63,160 nt of DNA from Dehalococcoidia bacterium. Its GTDB lineage: Bacteria > Chloroflexota > Dehalococcoidia > Lucifugimonadales > UBA3495. This document shows positions 41,976 through 52,346 of the stretch, in pieces. The notes under the pieces are model-generated. The model worked only from the letters and a program-made list of their open reading frames with translations. It had not been told where the DNA came from and did no database searches. The DNA lies in contig JASLXV010000095.1 in the NCBI GenBank assembly GCA_030740155.1, positions 1 through 63,160 of the forward strand, in the 5' to 3' direction. Within the stretch, counting starts at the first letter, position 1. Each line of letters starts with the position of its first letter. Both the position numbers and the translations under genes were made by a program.

Positions 41976-42168
41976 GGCCGGGCATCTTGCCATTCTCGAG
42001 ACACCGGACGAGTTTGCAAGGCCCTTGGCGGGAGATTCTGGAATTGAGGTTCAAATTTCAATCACTTTGCCCGCGGAGAGCATCTAACTGTTTTGGACCT
42101 CGAAGGAGAGTCGCAGGGCCGGCTGACAGCTGATGGCTGAACGCCGGCCGCTGCCTGTGGAGGGCACC

Positions 42169-43653
42169 GTGGCAGGCACGTCTTTCGCCGGAAAGACCAA
42201 CGCTCCGGAGTTTCCGCCGGGGCTGGAGTGGGTCAACACCAGTCGGCCGCTGACCCTCGCCGAGTTGCGGGGCAAGCTGGTGGTGCTGGATTTCTGGACC
42301 TACTGTTGAATCAACTGCATGCACATCTTTCCGCAGTTGCGGAAGCTGGAGAAGAAGTACGCCAACGAGTTGGCCGTCGTGGGCGTTCACTCGGCCAAGT
42401 TTCCCAATGAAAAGGATGCCGGGAACCTGCTGAAGGCGGTCCAACGCTACGGGCTGGAGCACCCGGTGGTCAATGACGCGGAGTTTCAGGTCTGGCAGCA
42501 GTACGCCTGCCGCGCCTGGCCCACCCTGATGTTCATCGATCCTCAGGGAAAGGTCATCGGCAAGCACGAGGGGGAGCTTCCCTACGAGCCCTTCGACGAC
42601 CTTCTTGGCCAGATGATCGCCGAGTTCGACGCCGCGGGGGTTCTCGACCGGACGCCGCTGGCCTTCGTTCCGCAGCGGGAGCCGGATACGCCCCTCTCGT
42701 TTCCCGGAAAAGTGTTGGCCGACGCCTCGGGGGACCGCCTCTTCATCGCCGACTCCAACCACCACCGCATCCTGGTCACCTCGCTGGACGGCGGGCTCAA
42801 AGCGGTCATCGGCTCGGGCGAGGAAGGACTTGCCGACGGAGGCTTCGATTCGGCCGCTTTTAACCAGCCCCAGGGTATGGCCCTGGCGGGGGATAGCCTG
42901 TACGTGGCGGATACGGAGAACCATGCTATCCGCCGGGTTGATCTGGCCGGTCGGACTGTGGAGACCATCGCCGGCACCGGGGAGCAGGGGCACTCCCGGC
43001 CAGGGCGTGGGGCCGGGCGGAGCATGGAACTCAGCTCGCCCTGGGACCTGACATTTCACGATGGCGTCCTGTACATCGCCATGGCGGGGACTCACCAGCT
43101 CTGGTCGATGACCCTGGCCGATGGGTCCATCGGACCCTACGCCGGCAGCGGCCAAGAGTTTCTGTCCGACGGACCCCTGGCCTCGGCTGCCCTAGCTCAG
43201 CCCGGCGGCATCACGTCTGATGGTGTCATGGTTTACTTCGTAGATAGCGAGACCAGCTCCGTTCGGTCCGCCGGCCTGGACCCGGCAGGCCGGGTGGGCA
43301 CCATCGTCGGACAGGGCCTTTTCACCTTCGGCGACATTGACGGCGCGGAACCCGAAGTCCGCCTGCAACACCCCCTAGGCATCGCCCACCTCGACGGCGC
43401 ACTGTACGTCGCCGACACCTACAACCACAAGATAAAGCGGGTGCTCCCGGCCGAGCGTAGCGCGTTCACCCTGCTGGGCGCCGGGGAGCCGGGCCACCGG
43501 GACGGTCCGGGGAGCCAGGCCCAATTCTCCGAGCCCAGCGGCCTCAGCATCGCCGGCGGCAAGATATACATCGCCGACACCAACAATCACGTTATCCGGG
43601 TGGCTGACCTGGAGACCGGAGAGGTTGCGACGCTGGAGATAAGCGGGTTGTGA
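42169..43653 (+). CDS. Probable selenoprotein: thioredoxin-like + NHL-repeat protein (NHLRC2/SOQ1-like), Sec at TGA 42307-42309
   Basis: GGAGG RBS + GTG 42169; reads APEFP..EWVN...[32 protein letters not shown] repeats ([39 protein letters not shown]). Confidence 0.85.
42328..42345 (+). promoter_or_regulatory. Candidate bacterial SECIS hairpin
   Basis: TTCCGC-AGTT-GCGGAA stem-loop; the G-containing loop starts about 26 nt 3' of the UGA. Confidence 0.6.
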
Positions 43654-43721
43654 GCACATAGCCGCGAGATGGACTGGAGTGACGGGTTGGCGGGTCTTCT
43701 CCGCTAGCTCCTGACCTGGTG

Positions 43722-44582
43722 CTACTCCCCGCCCCGGTTGATCACTAAAACCCGGTCCAGGTGGGCCAGGTCCTGCTCCACGTTGATTGTTGCCTCGGGC
43801 AGGTACCGGTGGACCAACTCCTCCACCGCGGGCACCTGCTCCGGATCCAGCTCCAGCAGGATAATTCCCTGGTCGTTGAGCTTGTCGCTCGCCTGGGAAA
43901 GCAGCCTTCTTATCGGGTCCAGGCCGTCGGGACCGCCGTCCAGGGCTTCCCGAGGCTCCCACTGGATCTCGGGCTGCAACGTGGCGATACGCTCGGATGG
44001 TATATAGGGCAGATTGGCCACGATCAGGTCCACCGGTTCCGGCAGCGGCTCCAGCAGGTCGCCCTTCCCCAGCGCGACGCGGTCGGCGACGTTGTGGGTC
44101 AGGATGTTGTAGCTGGCCACATCCAACGCCCCGTCGGAGGCGTCGAGGGCATGGATCCGGGCGGCCGGCAAGTGAAGTGCCAGGCTGATGGCGATGGCCC
44201 CGGAGCCGGTTCCCACGTCGGCGATGGCCAATTGGGGCGTCTCCATCCCCATGAGGGCCATGAACAGGGCGTGCTCCACCAGGGTCTCGGTCTCGGGGCG
44301 GGGGATCAGCACCGCGGGCGTAACCAGCAGGTTGATGCCGTAGAATTCCCAGTGGCCCAGGATGTAGGCTAGCGGCTCGCGGGTCAGCCGGCGCTCCACC
44401 ATGCGGTCCAGTTCCAGTTCCCGCGGGGCTCCGACTTCGGCTTCTTGATTGGCGTATATGTCGTGGCGCCGCATCGCCATCAGGTCCATCACCAACACCT
44501 CCGCCTCGAGGCGGGCGTCGGGTATGCCTGCTGACTCCAGAACTCTATGGGTCTGTTGGATGACCTCTCGGAGCGATGCCAC
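43722..44582 (-). CDS. prmC: Release factor glutamine methyltransferase
   Basis: EPLAYILG, VLIPRPETE, DVGTGSG, ANLPY, ALDGG; follows prfA. Confidence 0.95.
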   Translation of the reverse strand: MASLREVIQQTHRVLESAGIPDARLEAEVLVMDLMAMRRHDIYANQEAEVGAPRELELDRMVERRLTREPLAYILGHWEFYGINLLVTPAVLIPRPETETLVEHALFMALMGMETPQLAIADVGTGSGAIAISLALHLPAARIHALDASDGALDVASYNILTHNVADRVALGKGDLLEPLPEPVDLIVANLPYIPSERIATLQPEIQWEPREALDGGPDGLDPIRRLLSQASDKLNDQGIILLELDPEQVPAVEELVHRYLPEATINVEQDLAHLDRVLVINRGGE

Positions 44583-44597
44583 GTCGCGGCGGCCGGC

Positions 44598-45677
44598 TCA
44601 GGCCAGGCTCTCTTCCAGCAGCCGCTCTTGTTCCCAAGCAACGAGCCGGTCGATGATATTGTCCAGGTCGCCATCCATGATTCGCGGTATGTCGTGGAAG
44701 CTGGTGTTGATCCGATGGTCCGTGACCCGGTCCTGAGGGTAGTTGTAGGTCCGGATCTTCTCCGACCGATCGGCAGCGCCGACCTGGGCGCGGCGGGTCT
44801 CGGATATCTCGGCGGCCTGGCGTTCCAACTCCGCCTCATATAACCGGGCCCGCAAGATCGCCATGGCCTTCTGTTTGTTCTTGTGTTGCGAGCGCTCGTC
44901 CTGGCAGACCACCGTCAGCCCCGAGGGTTCGTGAACGATGCGCACCGCCGTGGCCACTTTGTTGACGTTCTGACCGCCGTGGCCGCCCGCGTGGTAGATA
45001 TCGATGCGCAGTTCGCCGGGGTTGACGTTGACTTCCACGTCGTCCGGTTCCGGCATCACCGCCACCGTGGCTGTGGAGGTGTGGATGCGGCCTTGGGCCT
45101 CGGTCTCGGGAATGCGCTGCACCCGGTGGACGCCTCGCTCGTACTTGAGGCGGCTGAAGGCGCCCTTTCCCCGGACCTCGAAGACAACCTTGTTGAGGCC
45201 GCCCAACTCCGACGCGTTGGAGTCCATGACGTCCACTTTCCAGCGGTGAAGTTGGGCGTACCGGGTGTAGGCGCGAAAGAGGTTGCCGGCGAAGATGCTG
45301 GCTTCAGTCCCTCCGGCCCCGGCCCGCACCTCCACGATCACGTCTCGCCCGTCGTTGGGGTCCTGGGGCAAAAGGGCCGGCCGCAGGTCCTGCTCTAGCT
45401 GGACCAGCTGCCCTTCAACCGCCTCCAACTCCTCCCTGGCCATGCGGACCAACTCCGGGTCTGACTCTTCCCTGACCAGGGCTTCCAGGTCCTCTTTTTC
45501 GTGGATCAGCTTCCGGCGTTGGCGAGAGATATCGACGAGATGTTCCAGGGAAGCCCGCTCTTTGGCAAGCTCCTGAACCCGCTCGAAGTTGATGGCCACC
45601 TCCGGCTGGGCCATCGTCTCTTCGATCTCCTCGTAGCGGGCTAAGATGGAGTCTAGCTTGTCAAAAATCGAACTCAT
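44598..45677 (-). CDS. prfA: Peptide chain release factor 1
   Basis: GVHRVQRIPET, GGQ, IRTYNYPQDRVTDHR. Confidence 0.96.
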   Translation of the reverse strand: MSSIFDKLDSILARYEEIEETMAQPEVAINFERVQELAKERASLEHLVDISRQRRKLIHEKEDLEALVREESDPELVRMAREELEAVEGQLVQLEQDLRPALLPQDPNDGRDVIVEVRAGAGGTEASIFAGNLFRAYTRYAQLHRWKVDVMDSNASELGGLNKVVFEVRGKGAFSRLKYERGVHRVQRIPETEAQGRIHTSTATVAVMPEPDDVEVNVNPGELRIDIYHAGGHGGQNVNKVATAVRIVHEPSGLTVVCQDERSQHKNKQKAMAILRARLYEAELERQAAEISETRRAQVGAADRSEKIRTYNYPQDRVTDHRINTSFHDIPRIMDGDLDNIIDRLVAWEQERLLEESLA

Positions 45678-45902
45678 GCTGATACCTGAAACGGACTCAT
45701 AATGGTAGAAATCAAACGGAATCCACCATCGTCGTTCCAGTGTATCTCAGCCGGGTTGGCGTAACAAGGGCAAATGCGCCGCCGGGAAGGGATCTTGCCG
45801 GGAAGGGATTTTGATTAAACAGGCAGGCCCTCACCATACCCGGGCGGCGCCAGGGTATCCCTCTACCATTGGGAGCGGGAACGAGGGTGAGGGCGATTTC
45901 GG

Positions 45903-46625
45903 CTAGGCCGGCGGCCGGTTACCCCAATGCAGGGTCACCGTGCCCATACCTAGCCGGAGGTAGCCGACTTCGACGAGACCCAGCTCTCGAAACAGCTCGG
46001 CCAATCGGTCGGCTTCCAGGAAATAATCAACCGATTGGGGCAGATAGGTATAGGCCGAGCGGTCCCCGGCCACCACCCTCCCCACCAGAGGCACTACCCG
46101 ATGGAAGTACCAGCGGAACAGGTGAGATTGTAGCCCGTGGGGCATCGGGGTCAGTTCCAGGGTGGTCACGCGTCCGCCGGGCCGTACCACCCGCACCATT
46201 TCCGCCAGGGCGCGGCGCAGGTCCGGCATGTTGCGGAGGCTGAAGCCAGCCGTCGCGCAGGCGAAGGCCCCGTCGGGAAAGGGCAGCTCCACGGCGTCGC
46301 CCAGCAGCAGGCTCGTCCTGCCGGCCAGACCCCTGGTTTGGGTTTTGGTCCGGCCCAAGGAGATCATGTCGGGCAGCAGGTCCACGCCCACGGCATGCTG
46401 TATCCCCGGGCGGCGGGCCAGGGCCATGGCCAAATCTCCGGTGCCGGTGGCGATGTCCAGGGCCTTCCCTTGCAACCCGGTGGCGGTCAGCTTCGCCGTT
46501 TTTCGTTTCCAACGCCGGTGCTGCCCGCCGGTCATCAGGTCGTTCATCAGGTCGTAGCGGCTCGCTATCCGGGCGAAAAGGGCTGCCACGTATCGCTGTT
46601 TCGCCGCTCCCTTTAGCTGCGCCAT
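45903..46625 (-). CDS. ubiE: UbiE/MenG-type quinone biosynthesis methyltransferase
   Basis: YDLMNDLM, LDIATGTGD, RVVRPGG, AYTYLPQS. Confidence 0.9.
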   Translation of the reverse strand: MAQLKGAAKQRYVAALFARIASRYDLMNDLMTGGQHRRWKRKTAKLTATGLQGKALDIATGTGDLAMALARRPGIQHAVGVDLLPDMISLGRTKTQTRGLAGRTSLLLGDAVELPFPDGAFACATAGFSLRNMPDLRRALAEMVRVVRPGGRVTTLELTPMPHGLQSHLFRWYFHRVVPLVGRVVAGDRSAYTYLPQSVDYFLEADRLAELFRELGLVEVGYLRLGMGTVTLHWGNRPPA

Positions 46626-46638
46626 GGGGTCAGACCCA

Positions 46639-47226
46639 TCAGTCCTCTTTATCCCGGTACTGAAGGTCCTCGGGGAGGGCTTCATCCAGGCCCAGGGCAA
46701 CCAACACCCGGCTGACCACGAAGCGAACGATGTCGTCGATGCCCTTGGGGTGCAGGTAGAAGGCCGGCTCGGGCGGCAGCATCACGGCGCCCGCCTTCGA
46801 AAGTGTGAGCATGTTCTCCAGGTGGATGCTGTGAAGCGGCGTCTCCCGGGGTACCAGCACCAGCCGGCGCCGCTCTTTGAGGCACACGTCGGCGGCACGG
46901 AGCAACAGGTTGCCGGTTATTCCGTGGGCCAGTGAGGCGACTGTGTTCATGCTGGCCGGTATCACCACCATGCCGCGGGTGGGGTAGGTGCCGCTGGCGA
47001 TGGGGGCTCGAAGGTCGTTTAGCGGGTAGAAGGTAAAACTTGGATGCTCTCGCCACACCGCGAGGGAATTATTGAAGGGCGCCCCCATCTCGTCCTGCCA
47101 GACCAGGCGGGCGCCGTTGGAGCAAACGACCACGGTCGGCACGTCGCGGCGCAGCAACTCTTCCACGGTGTGCAAGGCCAACGCCGACCCGCTGGCGCCG
47201 GAGATTCCAACCACTACCGGTATCAA
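46639..47226 (-). CDS. ubiX: Flavin prenyltransferase
   Basis: GISGASG, IASG, RAADVCLKERR, PRETP. Confidence 0.93.
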   Translation of the reverse strand: MIPVVVGISGASGSALALHTVEELLRRDVPTVVVCSNGARLVWQDEMGAPFNNSLAVWREHPSFTFYPLNDLRAPIASGTYPTRGMVVIPASMNTVASLAHGITGNLLLRAADVCLKERRRLVLVPRETPLHSIHLENMLTLSKAGAVMLPPEPAFYLHPKGIDDIVRFVVSRVLVALGLDEALPEDLQYRDKED

Positions 47227-47334
47227 AGGTGGCCCCCAGGAGCGGGCGATGCAGCCCGAAAGATGCTTCCAGGGTCTGCCGCCGCCACGGTGAGGGAGGC
47301 GGCGCCGCGCCGGCTAGCGTGTAGGCCCAGCAAG

Positions 47335-48231
47335 CTAGGTTGCCACTGCCAGGATGGTGAACACCAGGAGCATCATGGAAATGGTGCTGTTGTACTTGAA
47401 AAAGGGCGAGTGGAGCCTGGATAGGTCGCCGGCCCTGACCAGGCTATTTTCGAACACCAGCAGGGCCGTGCCGATGCCCCAACCTATGAAGTAGTAGAAG
47501 TTCAAATTGAGCCACAGGCCCAGGGCCAGCAGCGCCACCGAAGACACCAGGTGCATGCTCCTGGTGAACCACAGGGCGGTTGCGATACCGAACCGGCTCG
47601 GCACCGAGTGCACCCCGTATTTTCGGTCGAAATCATAGTCGGCGCAGCCGTAGATGATATCGAACCCGCCGGCCCACGCGGCCACGGCGAAGGACAGTAG
47701 CACCGGCTCCGGGTCTAGCCGGCCCGTGACCCCGATCCAGGCGGCGGAAGGGGAGATGCTGAGGGCCCCGCCCAGGAAGAAATGGCATCCCCAGGTGTGG
47801 TACTTGGCGAAGGAGTAGAGGACGACATAACCCGCCGCTACCGGGGCCAGGGCCAGGGCCAAGCCGTTGAGCTGGGAAGCGGCGATGAAAAATATCCCGA
47901 TGGAAACCACCATCATGGCCAGCACTTCCCGGGGTTTGAGCAGGCCCTGGGGCAGATGGCGGCCGGCCGTCCGGGGGTTGGCCACGTCCTCTTTATGGTG
48001 GACCAACCGGTTGGTGGACATGCCCAGGGTCCGGGCCCCGAACATGGCCAGTGTAATCCAGAGGAAGGCGTCCCATCCGGGCCACCCATCGGCGGCGAGA
48101 ATCATGCCGATGTAGGCGAAGGGCAGGGCGTAGAGGGATTCCCATACCCGTATGGAGCCGAGGTAAACGGGCAGCTTGAAGGCCGCTGTCCTGGTTAGAG
48201 CGGCAGCTTCGTGTGTTCCAATCCTAGCCAT
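47335..48231 (-). CDS. UbiA-family prenyltransferase (MqnP-like)
   Basis: ALPFAY, NPRTAGRHLP, GFDIIYGCADYDFD. Confidence 0.88.
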   Translation of the reverse strand: MARIGTHEAAALTRTAAFKLPVYLGSIRVWESLYALPFAYIGMILAADGWPGWDAFLWITLAMFGARTLGMSTNRLVHHKEDVANPRTAGRHLPQGLLKPREVLAMMVVSIGIFFIAASQLNGLALALAPVAAGYVVLYSFAKYHTWGCHFFLGGALSISPSAAWIGVTGRLDPEPVLLSFAVAAWAGGFDIIYGCADYDFDRKYGVHSVPSRFGIATALWFTRSMHLVSSVALLALGLWLNLNFYYFIGWGIGTALLVFENSLVRAGDLSRLHSPFFKYNSTISMMLLVFTILAVAT

Positions 48232-48346
48232 ACTTTCGCGATCCGATAGTAACTTGTATTCTCTCCCGGCCAGGCTAAAATCGCAACTGGACGGAGTCTA
48301 AGAGAGGATGAGAGGCCGGAGCGCCACGAGGGCCGCATCCTTGCCG

Positions 48347-49804
48347 TCACTCGATTCCATACTCGCTCCACCTACGGTCCACCAACTCTTTGACCTCCGG
48401 ACTCATCACCACGTCGGGAGGCCACATGCGTTGGCGGCCCTCCAGCGGGCCTTTGCGGGTGGCGTCGATGCCCACTTTGCTGCCGAACCGGCCCGTCGGC
48501 GATGCGACATCAAGGTCGTCGAGCGGGCCGCTGGCCATCACCAGGTCCTGGGCGGGGTCGATGTTGTTGGTAACCCGCCAGGCGACCTCCGAAAGGTCAT
48601 GGACGTTGACGAAGTGATCCACCACCACAATCGTCTTGGTCAGGCTCATCAGCCCCAGGCCCCACAGGCCGTACATCACCTTGCGGGCCTGCCCCGGATA
48701 CTCCTTCTTCATGGACACGATGACCAGGTTGTGGAAGACTCCCTCGGCGGGCATGTTCATGTCCACCACTTCCGGTAGAATCATGCGGATCGTGGGCAAG
48801 AAGACCCGCTCCGAGACCTTGCCCATCCAGTAGTCTTCCTTGGGAGGCCGCCCCACGATGGTGGCGGGATATATGGGATTGCGCCGGTGGGTGATGCAGT
48901 TGACGTGGAACACCGGGTAGGGGTCTTCCATCGAGTAATATCCGGTGTGGTCGCCGAAGGGACCTTCCATGCGCTTTTCGCCCACACCTACGTAGCCTTC
49001 CAAGACGATCTCGGCTTGGGCGGGGATTAGCAGGTCCACCGTCTTCCCCTTGACCAGCTCCACCCCTTCCTCCCGGAGGAAACCGGCCACCGTCATCTCG
49101 TCCATGTCCGGGGGCAAGGGAGCCGAACCGGTCCAGATGGACGCCGGATCGCCGCCCAGGGCGACGGCGACCTCCATGCGAGAGTCTCCCCGCTCCTGGT
49201 TCAGCCGGTAGTGGTGGGCGCCCACCTTCTGAGTCTGCCAGTGCATGCCGGTGGTGTTGCGGTCGTACACCTGGAGCCGGTACATGCCATAGTTCTGCAC
49301 ACCGGTCTCCGGATTCCGGCTGATAACCAGGGGGAGGGTGATGTAGCGGCCGCCGTCCAAGGGCCAACACTTGAGGATTGGAAACCTGTTGAGGTCAACC
49401 TCGTCGCCGTGGAGGACCACCTCTTGGCAGGGCCCACTGCGGACGGTCTTGGGTTGAAACGACCCCAGGTGGACCAGCTGGCCCAGGGTGCGGAGCTTGT
49501 TCACCAGCCCCTCGGGCGGGCTTTGCGCCAGTCGAAGCAGGCCCTGAACCCGCTCCGCCAGGTCTTCCAGTTGCTCCACTCCCAGGGCCCAGGCGGTGCG
49601 TTGCTCGGTGCCGTACATGTTGAGGAGCACCGGAACATCGTAGCCGGTGACGTTCTCGAAGAGCAGGGCCGGACCGCCTCGTTTGATGACCCGGTCGGCG
49701 ATCTCGGAAATTTCCAGCTCACAACTGACCGGGGCCTGAATGCGGCGCAACTCCTTTTTCCCTTCCAGAAACGCGATGAACTCCCGGAGGTCTTTGAATT
49801 TCAT
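48347..49804 (-). CDS. ubiD: UbiD-family (menaquinone biosynthesis) decarboxylase
   Basis: GPALLFENV, EGPFGDHTGYY, GRPPKED, KVGIDATRK. Confidence 0.92.
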   Translation of the reverse strand: MKFKDLREFIAFLEGKKELRRIQAPVSCELEISEIADRVIKRGGPALLFENVTGYDVPVLLNMYGTEQRTAWALGVEQLEDLAERVQGLLRLAQSPPEGLVNKLRTLGQLVHLGSFQPKTVRSGPCQEVVLHGDEVDLNRFPILKCWPLDGGRYITLPLVISRNPETGVQNYGMYRLQVYDRNTTGMHWQTQKVGAHHYRLNQERGDSRMEVAVALGGDPASIWTGSAPLPPDMDEMTVAGFLREEGVELVKGKTVDLLIPAQAEIVLEGYVGVGEKRMEGPFGDHTGYYSMEDPYPVFHVNCITHRRNPIYPATIVGRPPKEDYWMGKVSERVFLPTIRMILPEVVDMNMPAEGVFHNLVIVSMKKEYPGQARKVMYGLWGLGLMSLTKTIVVVDHFVNVHDLSEVAWRVTNNIDPAQDLVMASGPLDDLDVASPTGRFGSKVGIDATRKGPLEGRQRMWPPDVVMSPEVKELVDRRWSEYGIE

Positions 49805-50147
49805 GCTACTGTCCCATGGGATTCGGTGAGACCCCCGCGCCGCATTTTTAGCCGCCTGGAAACGACAGTGAGGCCAAGCTGGGAATCAGAGGAGAATCGG
49901 TGGTGCCATTGTACCGGTTTTCGCCGCCAACGTTCAATGGACAGGAGGCTTTGGGGGCACAACACGTTGGGGACATAGGGTTTCAGGGGCAAGGGAGGTG
50001 TGGGGCGCCGGCCTCACCGGCGAACGAGGCCGCGGGTCACTGCCTGGGTGTCCTGGGTGACCCATAGGGGTGGCACGAAATGGCGCGGGATTTAACGAGG
50101 GGCTGGCCTCCGCGCCGGCCCCTCGGTCGGGGCTACTCGATGATTGG

Positions 50148-50456
50148 CTAGAATCCAGTGGATTCGTTACGGTTCCGGCTGAAGCAATCGCTGCAATATA
50201 CCGGGCGGTCACCCCGTGGCCGGAACGGAACCATGGCGTCCGCGCCGCAATCGGCGCACACGATCGGGTACATCTCGCGAGGAGCATCCTGGTACATTCC
50301 GCCGCGTTGCTCGGTGCGCCGCACGGCGCGGCAACTGCGACACCGCTTGGGCTCGTTGGAGAAGCCGCGAGCGTTGAAAAACTCCTGCTCACCGACGGTG
50401 AAGATAAACTCCCCGCCGCACTCCGTACAAACTAGGGTCTTGTCTGACAATGCCAC
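50148..50456 (-). CDS. Zinc-ribbon / CxxC-x17-CxxC domain protein
   Basis: DKTLVCTECG..F.FTVGEQEFF...PKRCRSCR; CADCG..VPFRP..RPVYCSDCF; GGAGG RBS. Confidence 0.92.
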   Translation of the reverse strand: MALSDKTLVCTECGGEFIFTVGEQEFFNARGFSNEPKRCRSCRAVRRTEQRGGMYQDAPREMYPIVCADCGADAMVPFRPRGDRPVYCSDCFSRNRNESTGF

Positions 50457-50932
50457 TGGTTGACCTCCTTGCGGTCATGGGACGCGTGAGTTTGGCTCAG
50501 TAGGTCAACCGGCGCCGGGTGTGGAAAACCCCTCGGATTTGACTAGAGACAGCTGCCACGGGTAACCTAACATTTGCCTAGCCACCCATTATACTGACTG
50601 TCGCGATATATGCAACCCATTATGGGAGATGATCACCAGATTACGTCTCGGCCTCTCTCTATGGGTGCGGAACTTGCCGTCACGGCGGGTTCGCGGCGTT
50701 CCGGGCCGAGCACAAGGACAAAAGCAGTTGATCCACGACCGGTGGAAAGGGTGGAACCGGCACTTCAACGAGGCGGTAGTCCCGCAAGTCGAGAGCGGGG
50801 ACTCCACGGGCTCGGTGCGGCGCCTGGACTTTTCTGGGGGAGCCGGGATGTTAGCCTTCTGATTTCGTAAATCAGTCCGCGGCCGGCTGGCCCGAGTGGG
50901 TCCGGTCACCTGGCCGGCCCGGTCCGTATCTC

Positions 50933-52177
50933 TCAGTCTCGGGAAGGTCCGTGGGTCGATTGTCCTCTCCGTCCCTCCAGCAGATGACCGGTGAGGCGGC
51001 CGCCCCAGCTGACCACCAATCCGGCGCCGGCTCCCGTGGCCAGGTTCCCGAAGGGCGCGGCGGCGATGGCGCCCACCACCGCGATCACCACCAGGTGCCG
51101 GGGGTCTTTGACCTTGAGGCCCAATAGCAGGTGCTGCACTCCCACGTAGAGCAGGAGCGCCCCCAGCACGGCGTAGGGCACCAGGCTCCGCACCTCCAGC
51201 GCCGAACTGCCAAACAGCAGTGCCACCGTGATCAGCATTGCTCCCGTGACGCTGGTGGAGACCGGGGTTCGGGCGCCCATCCGGAAGTGAGCCGTCAGGC
51301 CTCCGGATCCGTGGCACACGGGTAGACCTCCGGCCAGCCCCGCCCACAGGTTCCCTACCACCATGCTCAGGCTGGTTCGGACCGGCGTAACTCGCCGGGC
51401 ATCCTCGCCAAAGTAGGAGCGGGCCGTGTCCACGGTGGCGATGACGGCGTTGGTCACGGTAAGGGGAAGCTGGGGGATGACCAGGACCACGAAAGCCTTG
51501 GAGAAATCCCCAGCTTCAGGCCAGGCAAATCCAAAGGGCGCCGGCCCCAGGGAAAGGCGTATACCGTCACCTTCGATGGCCAGTCCGACCGCCACGCCGA
51601 ACGCCGCGACGACGGCCCCGGCGGGGAGCAAGGGCCGCCAGATGAACAGGAGCAGGAGCAATACGCTCAGCAGCCCCACCAGAACACCCACGGACACGTC
51701 GAACCCGGCCAGGTCCAGATAGCGGCGTCCCTCTCCACCCACGAGGAACGGCTTGGTAAACACCATCCCCGCGGCGCTTCGAATCAGCAACACTCCCAGG
51801 CCGAACTGGACCCCCCGGACCACCTCCTGGGGGACCACCCGGTTCAGATACTCAATGGCCCGGGTAGAGGCCAGCAGAAATAAGCACAGGCTCATGAGTA
51901 GGGCGCCGGCCGCGATCACCGAGGGACTCAGGGCCTGGGCGATGGCGATTACCGAGAAAGCCTTCAGCGGCTGGATTGGCATGGGCAGCCGGAAGTACCA
52001 CCCGGCGATGATGTAGGCGACGCCGACTCCCAGGAGCGTGGACGTGGGGTTGATGCCGTTGATGGCAATAAGGGCGGCTTCAAGAGGGATGAGCACGCCC
52101 AGATCGGCGAAGGCCCCGCTTAGTTCGCCAGTGGTCAGCCGGTAGCGGCCGATGCGCGGAATGATGTCCAGGATCAA
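50933..52177 (-). CDS. MOT1-like putative molybdate/sulfate transporter (start estimated)
   Basis: ELSGAFADLG, PMPIQPLKA, PQLPLT, PVCHGSGGL..HFRMGART. Confidence 0.85.
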   Translation of the reverse strand: MILDIIPRIGRYRLTTGELSGAFADLGVLIPLEAALIAINGINPTSTLLGVGVAYIIAGWYFRLPMPIQPLKAFSVIAIAQALSPSVIAAGALLMSLCLFLLASTRAIEYLNRVVPQEVVRGVQFGLGVLLIRSAAGMVFTKPFLVGGEGRRYLDLAGFDVSVGVLVGLLSVLLLLLFIWRPLLPAGAVVAAFGVAVGLAIEGDGIRLSLGPAPFGFAWPEAGDFSKAFVVLVIPQLPLTVTNAVIATVDTARSYFGEDARRVTPVRTSLSMVVGNLWAGLAGGLPVCHGSGGLTAHFRMGARTPVSTSVTGAMLITVALLFGSSALEVRSLVPYAVLGALLLYVGVQHLLLGLKVKDPRHLVVIAVVGAIAAAPFGNLATGAGAGLVVSWGGRLTGHLLEGRRGQSTHGPSRD

Positions 52178-52346
52178 TCTCCTGTTACGTAGCTGGCCTT
52201 GCCCTGGTATCGGCCCGCTTTCGGGAGGCCGATGCCGGGTTTTCGGCCGTGGCTCCGCGCTGAACCGGGCTACTTGGTGGGCCAGCGAGTACGCCGGTCT
52301 GGTTGGCTCCGTAAGATTGTAAAGTATACTTGATATATTAACAAGT

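Noticed and set aside
45781..45810. Short tandem duplications (GCCGGGAAGGGAT x2; also ~24887 CGGGACTTTC x2 and a degenerate repeat at ~26855/26982)
   Set aside because: Two-copy local slippage products with no evident function.
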